From positions 64,001 to 128,000 of IMG/VR virus record IMGVR_UViG_3300018876_000008: a stretch of DNA of 64,000 nucleotides; one strand, 5' to 3'. The notes under the pieces are model-generated. The model saw nothing but the letters and a program-made list of their open reading frames with translations, searched no databases and was not told where the DNA came from. The position numbers and the translations under genes were made by a program. Shown one piece after another: positions 1-10,029 of this stretch. The DNA is from a virus. Positions within the stretch are counted from its first letter, which is position 1; each line of letters opens with the position of its first letter.

Positions 1-1443
1 TTACATAATTTATCAGAAGGTCAGAATCCACACAGAAAAAAATATGTAGACGTTATAAGTGAGGGTAGAAGAGAAGATATTTTAAATAGGTTTAATGAAA
101 ATCCTGAGTTACAAAAAACAGTAGAGGAATTCTTGGATAACGAATTTAACAAAAGAACTAATTACAAATATGTAAATTGGGTCCTCAAAAAAAACTTTGA
201 TGATTTTGGTAATACTTTTATTTCTTTAGATAGTGTAATTAATTGGCTTGAGAAATTTGATAGAGTAAGAAAAAACTTACAATACAAAGATATTAATCAA
301 TATAAAAATATTCATGACCTTATAGATACATTAGAGGTTTATGGTGATACAAAAAGTCAACAAAGGTCAAAATTAAAGGAAGGTACTGAAAGGATATATG
401 AAGACGATAGAATATTAGTGGTAAAACCATTAACCAAAGATTCTTCATGTTATTATGGGTCAGGTACCAGATGGTGTACAGCATCAACACAGTTCGGTAA
501 TAGATTTGAACAATACAATTCAAAGGGTCCATTGTATTATTTAATAAATAAAAATATGCAACCTACTAATGATTATTATAAAATTGCAATTCATTATGAT
601 AGTCAAAATAATAGAATGACTCTATATGATGCTAAGGATGTTGTCAATGAAAATCTTTTAGGTTTAATTAAGACACTTCCGGCCTTTGATGCTATTCAAA
701 ATGACATTACTCAAAATCATAAATGGGATAGGAGTGTGAACATTATTGATATGTTCCGTAAAATATTTAGTGGTGATTCTAAACTTACTCAAAATCTTAA
801 TTTTAAAAGATATAGTTACATGATAGATGGTAAACCACTTAGATTACAAGGTTTTACATCTGGTAAACTAATAGGTACATGGGGAGTGAGAGAGTTTGTA
901 TTAACTGTCAAAGATGATGATTTTGTATTTTATGCGACCAAGAGTAATGTTTTAGATGAAAGACCAATATATGAGGCTATTGAATATGTAGAAAACAAAA
1001 CAGGTCAAGAGATAAGTCCTGATAGAGTGGATAAATCATTATTTACATATGTTTTGTATAAAATTGTGGACTTATTCGTAGAAGAAAACTCACAGTTCAT
1101 GACTGTCGGTAATGACGAGATAACATATTGGAGACCTAAAAATAGTCATTCAAATTATAGGTTTGCTAGTGTGAATCCAGACAATGCTTACATCAGATTT
1201 TTAGAATATATTAGAGATAAAGAATCTCAAAATGAACCAGCCAGTAAAAGAGATTTTTTAATTAATGTTTTAGAAAAAGACCCTGAAAAGATAGTTTTAT
1301 CAGGATATCTCTCAACAATGTTCAGTTCAATGAAAGATGCTGGACTCGTTAGTCTTTACAGAGCCAAAGATTACCCTTATTTTAGGTACAAGATTGGACC
1401 CAACTACAATCTTTGGAAACAAGGAAGACTAGAGAGAATATGA
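1..1443 (+). CDS. Conserved large-phage hypothetical protein (SCYYGxGTRWCTA domain), 5' end outside window
   Basis: Frame 1 is open from base 1 (LHNLSEGQNP...) into the listed ORF; motif KPLT..SSCYYGSGTRWCTAS..F..Y...GPLYY. Confidence 0.6.
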   Translation, partial: LHNLSEGQNPHRKKYVDVISEGRREDILNRFNENPELQKTVEEFLDNEFNKRTNYKYVNWVLKKNFDDFGNTFISLDSVINWLEKFDRVRKNLQYKDINQYKNIHDLIDTLEVYGDTKSQQRSKLKEGTERIYEDDRILVVKPLTKDSSCYYGSGTRWCTASTQFGNRFEQYNSKGPLYYLINKNMQPTNDYYKIAIHYDSQNNRMTLYDAKDVVNENLLGLIKTLPAFDAIQNDITQNHKWDRSVNIIDMFRKIFSGDSKLTQNLNFKRYSYMIDGKPLRLQGFTSGKLIGTWGVREFVLTVKDDDFVFYATKSNVLDERPIYEAIEYVENKTGQEISPDRVDKSLFTYVLYKIVDLFVEENSQFMTVGNDEITYWRPKNSHSNYRFASVNPDNAYIRFLEYIRDKESQNEPASKRDFLINVLEKDPEKIVLSGYLSTMFSSMKDAGLVSLYRAKDYPYFRYKIGPNYNLWKQGRLERI

Positions 1444-2216
1444 GATTAAATACAGACTGGATTTTACAAGAACCTATAGATTTAGAACACAAACAATATG
1501 TTCTATTAGACTACATGGCCAAAGTCAATGAAGACTTTGATAACTTCGTATTATACCCATCTTTTCAAGAACTAGCACTACATTTAGCGAGTATAGGTTC
1601 TTTAAAAGAGAGAGGACAGTACCTTATTTTAAATAGAGAACCTGAAGATATTGACGATGAAATATTATTAAGTGATTTAAACTATAAAAAGTTAATTAGT
1701 ACTAAAGAAAATATTGATGAAATATTCAAAATAGTCGAATACTCAAAAGATAAATTAACCGATTTATTTCTTATTGGTAAGTCTATTTATTCTTTAATTT
1801 ATGATGCTACATTGGTGAGTGTTGTTTTTAATGGGGATAAAATAAAAACTGAAAAACCAGGTAGAGGTTTCATTTACTTCAATTACAAAGGTAAAGGTTA
1901 TATTTACCAATACTTTATTAGGTTATTATCAGATAAATCAGGAGAAAACAAATGTGATATAAGTAAAATATATGAAGGAGATATTATAGGTGAAAATTTA
2001 GAAGATGTTATATCATTAATAAAACAAAATCACCAATTAAAAGATGGTCCTAGATATCAACCACATGAAAAAATAGATAAAAGACTACCAATATTTAGAG
2101 TTAAATTTGAACAAGAATATGATTTAGAAGGTGGTTTACTTGCGATTATAAAAAGAAAGGTAATGAATTATATTTTTCAGACAATAAAAATTCAAGAACT
2201 AAAAAATGACGACTAA
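1440..2216 (+). CDS. Hypothetical protein
   Basis: ATG at 1440 overlaps upstream stop (ATGA coupling). Confidence 0.7.
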   Translation: MRLNTDWILQEPIDLEHKQYVLLDYMAKVNEDFDNFVLYPSFQELALHLASIGSLKERGQYLILNREPEDIDDEILLSDLNYKKLISTKENIDEIFKIVEYSKDKLTDLFLIGKSIYSLIYDATLVSVVFNGDKIKTEKPGRGFIYFNYKGKGYIYQYFIRLLSDKSGENKCDISKIYEGDIIGENLEDVISLIKQNHQLKDGPRYQPHEKIDKRLPIFRVKFEQEYDLEGGLLAIIKRKVMNYIFQTIKIQELKNDD

Positions 2217-2619
2217 AATTAAAAAACCTGACCATATAGTTTGGGATGAAGAAAATCAAAAATATCATGCGAATATTTTACCTTATGGTAGTAGTGTTTC
2301 TGCACCTGTTATTAAGATAGAAGATATATCTTCATATAAACAAAGAAATGTTCAAAAAATACAAACTAAATTCAATAAGAAATATCAAGAGTTAGTTGAT
2401 GAATATAATAATTTAGTTGATGAAGTTAAGTTAAACCAAATAGTGTATGAATCTGATTTCTCATTTGAGCCTGTGATAGGTAATACTTATCATTTATACT
2501 ATAGAGAAAATGGAAAATATTTTTTATCTTTAATTGAACCTGAAATGTGGAATCAAGAATATGTTTTAAGTGTAGAATTAAATTCTGAACATAAATGGGT
2601 TTTAATTAAAGAGGTATAA
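2206..2619 (+). CDS. DUF2452-like protein
   Basis: LPYGSSVSAP.I and FSFEPVIGNTYHLY motifs. Confidence 0.6.
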   Translation: MTTKIKKPDHIVWDEENQKYHANILPYGSSVSAPVIKIEDISSYKQRNVQKIQTKFNKKYQELVDEYNNLVDEVKLNQIVYESDFSFEPVIGNTYHLYYRENGKYFLSLIEPEMWNQEYVLSVELNSEHKWVLIKEV

Positions 2620-2621
2620 AT

Positions 2622-3554
2622 ATGAGTTTACAAAATCCAAAAGACGTAAATGTTACTAACAATACCATATCCACTGTATTAGCTGGAGGATTAGGTAATA
2701 TGATGTTCCAAACAGCTACACTAATGGTTTACGCAAAAGAAACGGGTTATGACCCCTTAGTTGGGTATTGGACAACTCATCAATCCGAAAGTTCTAAATT
2801 TAATAAACATCTCAATAGAAACGGTAGAAATATACACTTTGACCCATGGGGAGGACACATACTTAAAGACCCACATATTTCTTTTGGTGATGTATATCCT
2901 AATATACCTTGGTTCGATAGTCGACCTAATGCATTTCAATGGTGGTTCGACCAAAGTTTAGCGTGGGACATCGATACTGGAGAAGGTGGAGTTTATTACG
3001 ATTTAAAACAAAAAGTTAAACCACCTTATCTATTTCAGGGATATTTTTTCAATAAATTATATTGGCATCATGAAAGAGATTATATTTTAGAATTATTTAC
3101 ACCCGATAAAAATATTAGTGATTATATTGAATATAACTATGGTAACTTATTTGATAAAAGTATTTCTTTACATTTGAGAATGGGTGGAGGAAGACAAGAT
3201 AATTTTTTTGATATTAAATTAATTCCAGATGAATGGGTAAGTAAAATTTTAAAAGAAGAAGGTGATGGACATAAAGTACTTGTATTTTCTGATAACCTAA
3301 ATTCAGCCAAATCATTTGTAAATAAATTAGGATTTCCCAAAGAAAAATTTGTTTATATTGACGAAGACCCGTATATTGCGGTTCATATGATGAGTATGTG
3401 TGATAAACATATTCTATCTAATTCAACTTTATCATTTTGGGGTGCATACCTTGATAAAAAACAAGAAAATGAATATACTTTTATACATGAAAGTTTTTTC
3501 GAAAGACACCCTTATAGTATGATACCTTACGATAAATGGAAAATTAATTATTAA
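2622..3554 (+). CDS. Alpha-1,2-fucosyltransferase-like glycosyltransferase (GT11)
   Basis: GGLGNMMFQ, QGYF, SLHLRMG, FSDN and MSMCDKHILSNSTLSFWGAYL motifs. Confidence 0.85.
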   Translation: MSLQNPKDVNVTNNTISTVLAGGLGNMMFQTATLMVYAKETGYDPLVGYWTTHQSESSKFNKHLNRNGRNIHFDPWGGHILKDPHISFGDVYPNIPWFDSRPNAFQWWFDQSLAWDIDTGEGGVYYDLKQKVKPPYLFQGYFFNKLYWHHERDYILELFTPDKNISDYIEYNYGNLFDKSISLHLRMGGGRQDNFFDIKLIPDEWVSKILKEEGDGHKVLVFSDNLNSAKSFVNKLGFPKEKFVYIDEDPYIAVHMMSMCDKHILSNSTLSFWGAYLDKKQENEYTFIHESFFERHPYSMIPYDKWKINY

Positions 3555-3565
3555 ATTATATTATT

Positions 3566-3781
3566 ATGAGTGAACAAATTGAAATAACAAAAACAATGAT
3601 GAATAAATTGAATGGTAAACTTAGAGTTCCAATTCACATTAGTTATATAGCTAATTACATCTTAAAAGATTCTGTAGAAAAAACTAGAAAAGTTATGAAC
3701 AAACTTGTAGAAGATGGTATGGTAGTAGAAAGTAAGATTGCAAAAGATTATTACGTATTAAATAAAAGTAAAAATGAATAA
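3566..3781 (+). CDS. Small hypothetical protein, possibly winged-helix
   Basis: Helix ending KLVEDGMVVES followed by short beta segment. Confidence 0.45.
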   Translation: MSEQIEITKTMMNKLNGKLRVPIHISYIANYILKDSVEKTRKVMNKLVEDGMVVESKIAKDYYVLNKSKNE

Positions 3782-4007
3782 AGAGTTAGTCACACATCCA
3801 ACACATTATGGTGGAAAAGACAATCCATATGAAGTTATAAAAATAGCGGAAGCAACAGGATTAGATAAGGATGCTTATCTTTTTAACGTACTTAAGTATA
3901 TTGTTAGAAGTGGTAAAAAAGATGATAATCCCCCTGTACAAGATTTAAAAAAAGCGTTATTTTATTTGGATAGAAGAATAAAAATAATAGAGAAGAATGG
4001 AGAATAA
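3774..4007 (+). CDS. DUF3310 (SaV-like) phage protein
   Basis: HPTHY...NVLKYIVRSGKK...DLKKALFYL motif. Confidence 0.8.
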   Translation: MNKELVTHPTHYGGKDNPYEVIKIAEATGLDKDAYLFNVLKYIVRSGKKDDNPPVQDLKKALFYLDRRIKIIEKNGE

Positions 4008-4866
4008 TAAAATTTATTGCGGTGATGGCCGTAAACTTATGGCTGAAATGCCTGAGAAGACGATTGACTTAGTTGTTACAAGTCCACCTTATGGGGTAGG
4101 AATCGATTATGATAGTTGGGATGACGATAAAGAAATTGCTGAGTATTGGAAATTTACTAGAGAATGGTTAAGAGAGACTTATAGAGTCCTCAAAGATGAT
4201 GGACGTATTGCCTTGAATATTCCTTATGAAATTAACCGACAGAAAAAAGGTGGTAGAATATATTTCTCAGCTGAGTTGTGGATGATAATGAAAGAGATTG
4301 GATTTGGTTTTTTCGGTATTGTGGACTTAGAAGAAAGTTCACCACACCGTAGTAAAACTACCGCATGGGGAAGTTGGATGAGTCCGTCTTCACCATACAT
4401 ATATAACCCTAAAGAATGTGTAATACTAGCCTACAAAAAGAAACACAAAAAGGATGTTAAAGGAACACCCCAATGGAAAGGAGAGTATCAAATGGTACCT
4501 AACGAAAAGATTGAGGGTGAGTTTAGAAAGAAGTTAGTGTATGAAGATAAAGACAAAAAAGATTTTATGTCTTTAGTTTTTGGTCAATGGAATTATTTTG
4601 CGGATACTCAACAAAAGACCAAAGCGACATTTTCATTAGATATTCCATATCGAGCAATTAAAATTCTTTCTTACAAAGAAGATTTGATAATGGACCCATT
4701 CAACGGAAGTGGGACAACATGTTTAGCGGCGGAAATGTTAGGTAGGCCATGGATTGGTATTGATATCAGTAAAAACTATTGTGAGGTTGCTAAAAATAGG
4801 ATAAAAGAATATCAGACAGAACAAAAACAACTCAAATTAGTTTTAGATGAACATACGAGAAATTAA
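3997..4866 (+). CDS. DNA N4-cytosine/N6-adenine methyltransferase (beta class), orphan
   Basis: TSPPY catalytic motif before DPFNGSGTT SAM-binding motif. Confidence 0.9.
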   Translation: MENNKIYCGDGRKLMAEMPEKTIDLVVTSPPYGVGIDYDSWDDDKEIAEYWKFTREWLRETYRVLKDDGRIALNIPYEINRQKKGGRIYFSAELWMIMKEIGFGFFGIVDLEESSPHRSKTTAWGSWMSPSSPYIYNPKECVILAYKKKHKKDVKGTPQWKGEYQMVPNEKIEGEFRKKLVYEDKDKKDFMSLVFGQWNYFADTQQKTKATFSLDIPYRAIKILSYKEDLIMDPFNGSGTTCLAAEMLGRPWIGIDISKNYCEVAKNRIKEYQTEQKQLKLVLDEHTRN

Positions 4867-5017
4867 AATGATTAGTCATGATTATATAACTATAGTTACC
4901 ACCGATAATCACGTAAAAACATTTAAAAAGGAAAAACTAACACCAACACAAAAGGTATGGTTTGAGAATATAATTGCATGTTCTTTATCATTAATCACCG
5001 AAACCCCTACAAAGTAA
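4847..5017 (+). CDS. Small hypothetical protein (56 aa, not in ORF track)
   Basis: MNIREIKMISHDY...ETPTK*, overlaps MTase end and runs into terminator. Confidence 0.5.
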   Translation: MNIREIKMISHDYITIVTTDNHVKTFKKEKLTPTQKVWFENIIACSLSLITETPTK

Positions 5018-5030
5018 GGGGTTTTTTGTT
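5001..5030 (+). terminator. Intrinsic terminator
   Basis: aaacccct-acaaagta-aggggttttttg. Confidence 0.7.
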
Positions 5031-5037
5031 ATTCAGG

Positions 5038-5045
5038 ATATTTAT
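5038..5045 (+). promoter_or_regulatory. ATATTTAT phage promoter-like motif (example of about 20 copies)
   Basis: Recurs 4-5 or 13-20 nt upstream of start codons on both strands. Confidence 0.65.
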
Positions 5046-5058
5046 TAATAAAACTTTT

Positions 5059-5628
5059 ATGTCACGTATTATATTAAAAGAAGAAGAAAAACATTATATA
5101 CAAAAACTGTATTTACTTGAAAATGATACGGTAAGGAAAGATGGTACTAAAATGAGGGCTAGTCAAAACTTTTGGGATTTTATAAAATTCGAAGAAGGTG
5201 ACCCTAAGAAACCTGTGGGTTCTATCAAAGAACCTGTACTTAAAGCTTACAAAGACACTAGTGGTATTTGGACTATAGGTTATGGTCACACAGGAAGTGA
5301 TGTTAAAGAAGGGTTAGTTATAACTAAACAACAGGCACTTAAATTATTATACTCCGACGCAACTATTTCCGCAGATTGTGTTAGAAGATTTTTAAGTGAA
5401 TGGAAAGATAAAGGTTTAAAAACTTATATGTTAACACAAGGAGAATTTGATTCATTGGTTTCATTAGTTTTTAATTCAGGATGTGATTCAGTGAGGATGT
5501 CAAGATTTATTCAATACCTTAAATCGGGTCAAAATAAAAAAGCGGGAGAAGCTATTCTAAAATACAAAGCCAATAATTCTGGTTTAAAGAATAGAAGAGA
5601 AAAAGAAAGTAATATGTTTTTATCATGA
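5059..5628 (+). CDS. Phage lysozyme (GH24) with N-terminal leader
   Basis: FEEG...AYKDTSGIWTIGYGHT and FDSLVSLVFNSG; start reassigned to ATG 5059 after terminator and promoter motif. Confidence 0.85.
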   Translation: MSRIILKEEEKHYIQKLYLLENDTVRKDGTKMRASQNFWDFIKFEEGDPKKPVGSIKEPVLKAYKDTSGIWTIGYGHTGSDVKEGLVITKQQALKLLYSDATISADCVRRFLSEWKDKGLKTYMLTQGEFDSLVSLVFNSGCDSVRMSRFIQYLKSGQNKKAGEAILKYKANNSGLKNRREKESNMFLS

Positions 5629-7880
5629 AAAAATTAATTAAAGAATCGGGACTAAGGAATATGAAGGCGTTAGCCGACAGATATAAAAAGGCTAAAATTT
5701 ATTTCCACCAAGATTTAGACGGTGTTACAACTGCCTTAGCTATGAAAAATTATTTAGAAGATAACGGAATTAAAGTTGTTGATTCTGAGATAATACAGTA
5801 TGGTGATAAAGAGTTCACTGTTAAAAAACAAGACGCTCAAGGAGATACTATGCCGGTTTTAGTTGACTTCGCCCACGGTAAACCAATGTTTGTTGTCCAC
5901 ACGGACCACCATGATAGTCAAACAGGTGTTGAAGATGAGACTTCAACTTCTTTCAGGTCATCAAGGTCTAATGTTGAAACCTTATCGCAGATAATGTCTC
6001 CAAAAGATATTTTTACTTCTGATGATATAAGGTTAATATCTACAGTTGATTCTGCAGATTTTGCGAAGTACGGATTAAAACCTAAAGATATTATGAATTT
6101 TGTTTTTAAACTTCAAAAAGACGAATCATTACAAAAAAATAAAACAGCTTTAGGATTGGCGACTAACAAATTAATGTTAGCCTATAAGAATAAACCTGGA
6201 TTTATGGAGGAATTAGTTATGACTTCTAACCCATCGTTGTTAAATATATTTCAAAATATTAATAGAATCGCGGCGGAGAGAGGATATGCCCTTCCTGATG
6301 AAATGGATTTAAATCAAAAAGATTACATTCAAAAACAAAAAGAAAGTGAAAAAGTATATGTGGACGATAATATTATAGTTCAATATGGTGGAGGTTCAAT
6401 GTTTAAACCAGGTTCTTATGATAGATACACACCATTTGAAAATAACCCTGACGCTGATTTCTTAGTTATTGCTTGGCCTATGGGATTAGTACAAGCATCT
6501 TGTAACCCATTTAAAAAAGAAAGAGAACTAAAAGGTGTTAATTTAGGTGAGATTGCTCAAGAAGTGTTAAGTAAATGGGAGAGTCAATTAAAGGATAAAA
6601 TAATTCCATTATCTACAATAAAGTGGATATCTGAAGGTAACAAACAATTTGGTGATGAATCAGTTGGTTTTACAAATGCAGATTTAGAAGCATTTTATGG
6701 TGATAAAGTACGTTCTATTGATGGTGGTGATGAATATATGGAAAAGTTAAAAGACATCATGGATACACCTTCAACTCAATTAACGGAAGACCAGTGGGCA
6801 ATATTAGACAAATTAGGTGTACCTGCGTGGGAAATGATTCAAGCAAACTCAGGAGGACATAAATGTATTACTAATATATCGGCACTTAATTATTTCGGTA
6901 GAGGTAAGAGAAAACCTGAAGGTAAATATAAATACAATAAAGATAAAGGTGACTCACCTTATGTTAAGTTTACTAAAATGATTCAAAATGAATTTGTTAG
7001 AAAACTTAAAGAAAAGATTAATGAATCTAAAAATTTAAATGAATCGGTTTTAAATGAAGCAATAGGTTTTATATTTCCAATTGGTAATGAAGAATTCAAT
7101 GTTGGTTATGATTCCTCAGGATTAGGTAGAGGTAAGAAAAAAGTATTAGATAAAGACGAGGCGATTCATAATAGTGATTATGGGGCAGGTGACGCTAAAC
7201 ATCAACACAGAGGAGGACATTTAGGAATTGATATATTTGCACCTAAGGGTACTCCAATTATTTCAGCTACGGATGGAGAAGTGATTAAAGTTAGAAGAAA
7301 AGATAGAACTACTGGTGGTAAGACAGTTAGTGTATTATTAAATGGTATAGTTTATTATTATGCACACTTAGACCAAGTATCTGATAATATAAGTAAAGGT
7401 GACGATATTAAAAAAGGCACATTCATAGGTACAGTTGGTGATACAGGAAACGCTAAAGGAACCCATCCACACTTACACTTTTCGATGTATGAGAAAAGAG
7501 GTGGGTATAAAAGAGGAACTATTGACCCATGGCCATTTTTAAAAGATAGTCTTGATGGGGGAGATTTAATTGTTATTGAACCAGGACAAGTTGTTGATAA
7601 AGTTGAGGGAAAAATTGCACGTGAAGATTTAAGTATTACGGATATTGTTAACAACGGTGATAACTCTGAATTAATATCAATGGGTTCACAAGGTAAAGGA
7701 GTTGAAGAAATCCAAACAATTTTAGATAAAGAAGGTTACGATTTAGGGGATGCTGGGATTGATGGAATCTATGGTCCTTATACAATGAGAGCGGTTAAGA
7801 AGTTCCAAAAAGATAATGGTTTAAATTTGATTGACGGAATTGTTGGTATTGAAACGTCAACAGAATTCAAGAAACACTAA
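5625..7880 (+). CDS. Fusion: DHH-like phosphoesterase + M23 peptidase + peptidoglycan-binding domain
   Basis: YFHQDLDG/VDFAHG/TDHH/GGH; HLGIDIFA, YYAHL, HPHLHF; DGIYGPYT..AVKKFQ..NGL..DGIVG. Confidence 0.8.
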   Translation: MKKLIKESGLRNMKALADRYKKAKIYFHQDLDGVTTALAMKNYLEDNGIKVVDSEIIQYGDKEFTVKKQDAQGDTMPVLVDFAHGKPMFVVHTDHHDSQTGVEDETSTSFRSSRSNVETLSQIMSPKDIFTSDDIRLISTVDSADFAKYGLKPKDIMNFVFKLQKDESLQKNKTALGLATNKLMLAYKNKPGFMEELVMTSNPSLLNIFQNINRIAAERGYALPDEMDLNQKDYIQKQKESEKVYVDDNIIVQYGGGSMFKPGSYDRYTPFENNPDADFLVIAWPMGLVQASCNPFKKERELKGVNLGEIAQEVLSKWESQLKDKIIPLSTIKWISEGNKQFGDESVGFTNADLEAFYGDKVRSIDGGDEYMEKLKDIMDTPSTQLTEDQWAILDKLGVPAWEMIQANSGGHKCITNISALNYFGRGKRKPEGKYKYNKDKGDSPYVKFTKMIQNEFVRKLKEKINESKNLNESVLNEAIGFIFPIGNEEFNVGYDSSGLGRGKKKVLDKDEAIHNSDYGAGDAKHQHRGGHLGIDIFAPKGTPIISATDGEVIKVRRKDRTTGGKTVSVLLNGIVYYYAHLDQVSDNISKGDDIKKGTFIGTVGDTGNAKGTHPHLHFSMYEKRGGYKRGTIDPWPFLKDSLDGGDLIVIEPGQVVDKVEGKIAREDLSITDIVNNGDNSELISMGSQGKGVEEIQTILDKEGYDLGDAGIDGIYGPYTMRAVKKFQKDNGLNLIDGIVGIETSTEFKKH

Positions 7881-7886
7881 ATTATA

Positions 7887-8243
7887 TTAAATCAAAGAAA
7901 AGGAGACATTGTCTCCTTTTTTTATGCCGTGATTTTTACAGTATCTACCTTCAACTTCTAAAACTGTATTACCAAAACCTTGATATGACTCACAATTTTT
8001 ATTATCATTACACGGTTGACAGTTGGAATGGATTTCAGTTATTTCTGTTCCGTTAATAAAAATGATATCTAATGGTATTATACAGTTATACATCCAAAAA
8101 CTTTGTTCAGTGGTGTTTGGCATAAAAAATAACATACCATCAAAAGATTCGTCAAACTTTTTACCCATCATTCCTTTAGAAATGGAATCTGGAGTGGCAG
8201 AAACTTTGACTTTTAAAATATTATCATTTATTATTACTTTCAT
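7887..8243 (-). CDS. DUF192 family protein
   Basis: KGMM...GMLF...SFWM.NC.IPLDIIFI...VLEV; start reassigned to ATG 8243. Confidence 0.8.
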   Translation of the reverse strand: MKVIINDNILKVKVSATPDSISKGMMGKKFDESFDGMLFFMPNTTEQSFWMYNCIIPLDIIFINGTEITEIHSNCQPCNDNKNCESYQGFGNTVLEVEGRYCKNHGIKKGDNVSFSLI

Positions 8244-8271
8244 ACTAATAAATATACAATAAAAAGAATAT

Positions 8272-8679
8272 ATGAAAAAATACGCAGGTATAATTGTAAG
8301 GTGTAACAATAAGGTTCTACTTTGCAAAAGAAATTCGGACACGACATTACCAGGGTTTTGGTCATGTCCTGCAGGAAGTGTAGAAGATGATGAGCCAGTT
8401 AAAGACGCGGCCATTAGAGAATTTATTGAAGAGACTGATTTACCTGTCATGGGTGATATAGATTTTGCTGCAGTCATAAAACGATATAATAGAGATGGTA
8501 CAAAGGTTAAAGGTATGTTATATACCTATCTTATGGATGTTGAAGAAGAAATGTTTCCGGATTTAGAGAACGCTCACGATGGTGATGAGCATACAGAGTG
8601 TGGTTATTTTGGTAAAGATGAACTACCTGAACCAATGACCAAACAATTTAATAAACTTATAAATATAATTTTAAAATGA
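8272..8679 (+). CDS. NUDIX hydrolase
   Basis: Nudix box GSVEDDEPVKDAAIREFIEETDL. Confidence 0.9.
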   Translation: MKKYAGIIVRCNNKVLLCKRNSDTTLPGFWSCPAGSVEDDEPVKDAAIREFIEETDLPVMGDIDFAAVIKRYNRDGTKVKGMLYTYLMDVEEEMFPDLENAHDGDEHTECGYFGKDELPEPMTKQFNKLINIILK

Positions 8680-8885
8680 ACGAACAATTATTTAACATGT
8701 TGATGAAATCTGCTGAGGCAGATAGAGCAAAGGCTTTATTATCTTTAGAATTACTTGGTAATAAAGCAGTGGGGATTGGAGACCATTCAACAGAAGACTT
8801 CTACAAAAATGCTGAAGAAGCACTTACTACTTTAGTGGATGCAGATGATAGAATCGCAGCATTAACTAAGTATTTTAATAAGTAA
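8676..8885 (+). CDS. Hypothetical protein
   Basis: Translationally coupled ORF. Confidence 0.65.
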   Translation: MNEQLFNMLMKSAEADRAKALLSLELLGNKAVGIGDHSTEDFYKNAEEALTTLVDADDRIAALTKYFNK

Positions 8886-9013
8886 ATTCAAAAAAATTGG
8901 TCAAAGAGCTTGTCTGAGAGTAATTTTTTTGTATCTTTGTATAACTTTTAAAGAAAACGGGCATATTTATATTTTACCCTACTGATTATTTCAGAAATTT
9001 TTTTTAAAAAGTA

Positions 9014-9045
9014 TTTGACAGATTGAAAATTTTGTTGTAAGTTTG
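9014..9045 (+). promoter_or_regulatory. Bacteroidota-type housekeeping promoter for large ncRNA
   Basis: TTTG (9014-9017), 20 nt spacer, TAAGTTTG (9038-9045). Confidence 0.75.
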
Positions 9046-9049
9046 TCAA

Positions 9050-9915
9050 ACAAATCAGTAAGAGTACTGAAGACGTTCTTTGAAAATATTAATAAGTGTC
9101 TAATTTGACCATCACAGTTTGTGAAAGAAATACAAAAAGATTAACCCCTTTTTTCTACAACGGTTAAAATAAGACATTTGACGGCGGTTTAGCGTCGTTA
9201 GATAACCCCAGTAATGGGACTAAAGGGATTGAAACGGGAATAGTACACCGTGAATGTCCGCAGTCGTGAGGCTGACAACTAAACAAAGTGGCTACAATCA
9301 AGACCCTAAGGGCAACTGCTAAAGGGACGAGATTACTCTGAATCCGTGGAATATCAGAGTTGAGATAGTGATATCAATAGGAAAAGCTACAGGTGACGGT
9401 TCGACACATCCTGTCAGATGTTGTAGGGCTGGGTACCAGTACGAAGGGATTCCGAGACGATAAGTTAACGTATTCCTGAAGTACCGTAAGTTGACAGACT
9501 TACAGAGAGGTGTGAAGCATTTTGTTTCCAAAAGAAACGAACCTTCTCCCGAAGCACATCTTTCATTATCCCACAGTTGCTATACTAACTAACAATTAGA
9601 AAGCAAAAGTTCTTCGGGCGTTGACAACGAAAGGTGTCTAACACTTCGAGTCATAGACTAACGAAGTCATTGGTAAGACCGCAAGTCTTCTGATGTCGAT
9701 TACCAAATACCTGGTGGGACGGCCATCCCTTCGTAAACTCGCAAGGTTTAACAGAGTAAAGTAGTAGTTGAGTAGTTGTTAACGAGAAGAGTGGTTCACT
9801 CAAATAACCGACACTGACTTGATACTCTCGGCAACGATAGTGGATAAGTGAGCAACCGACATAGGGTAATCTCACTAAAGACAGGTCACATAAACGTGTA
9901 ATCTCAGCGTTCTAT
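9050..9915 (+). ncRNA. Large structured ncRNA, GOLLD/ROOL-like candidate (~860 nt)
   Basis: No credible ORF, GC-enriched, many GNRA/UUCG-capped hairpins, flanked by promoter and terminator. Confidence 0.75.
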
Positions 9916-9935
9916 ACTTTATATATATCTTCCTT

Positions 9936-9969
9936 AACCTCAGTTCTAACCAACTGAGGTTTTTTTTTA
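9936..9969 (+). terminator. Intrinsic terminator
   Basis: aacctcagtt-ctaacc-aactgaggtt followed by T run. Confidence 0.85.
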
Positions 9970-10029
9970 CCTAATAATTTGTGAGTTAGAATAATATTCC
10001 TTATATTTGTAATACTAAAAAAAAATATT

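Noticed and set aside
3997-4866. Restriction-modification system
   Set aside because: No adjacent endonuclease; an orphan methyltransferase is routine in phages.
4978-5058. Extended N-termini given in the ORF track (also 8477, 25989, 42058)
   Set aside because: Extensions run through terminators, promoters or opposing genes; downstream ATGs fit better.
9319-9875. Minus-strand ORFs 9319..9531 and 9651..9875
   Set aside because: Short, atypical composition, antisense to a structured RNA with its own promoter and terminator.
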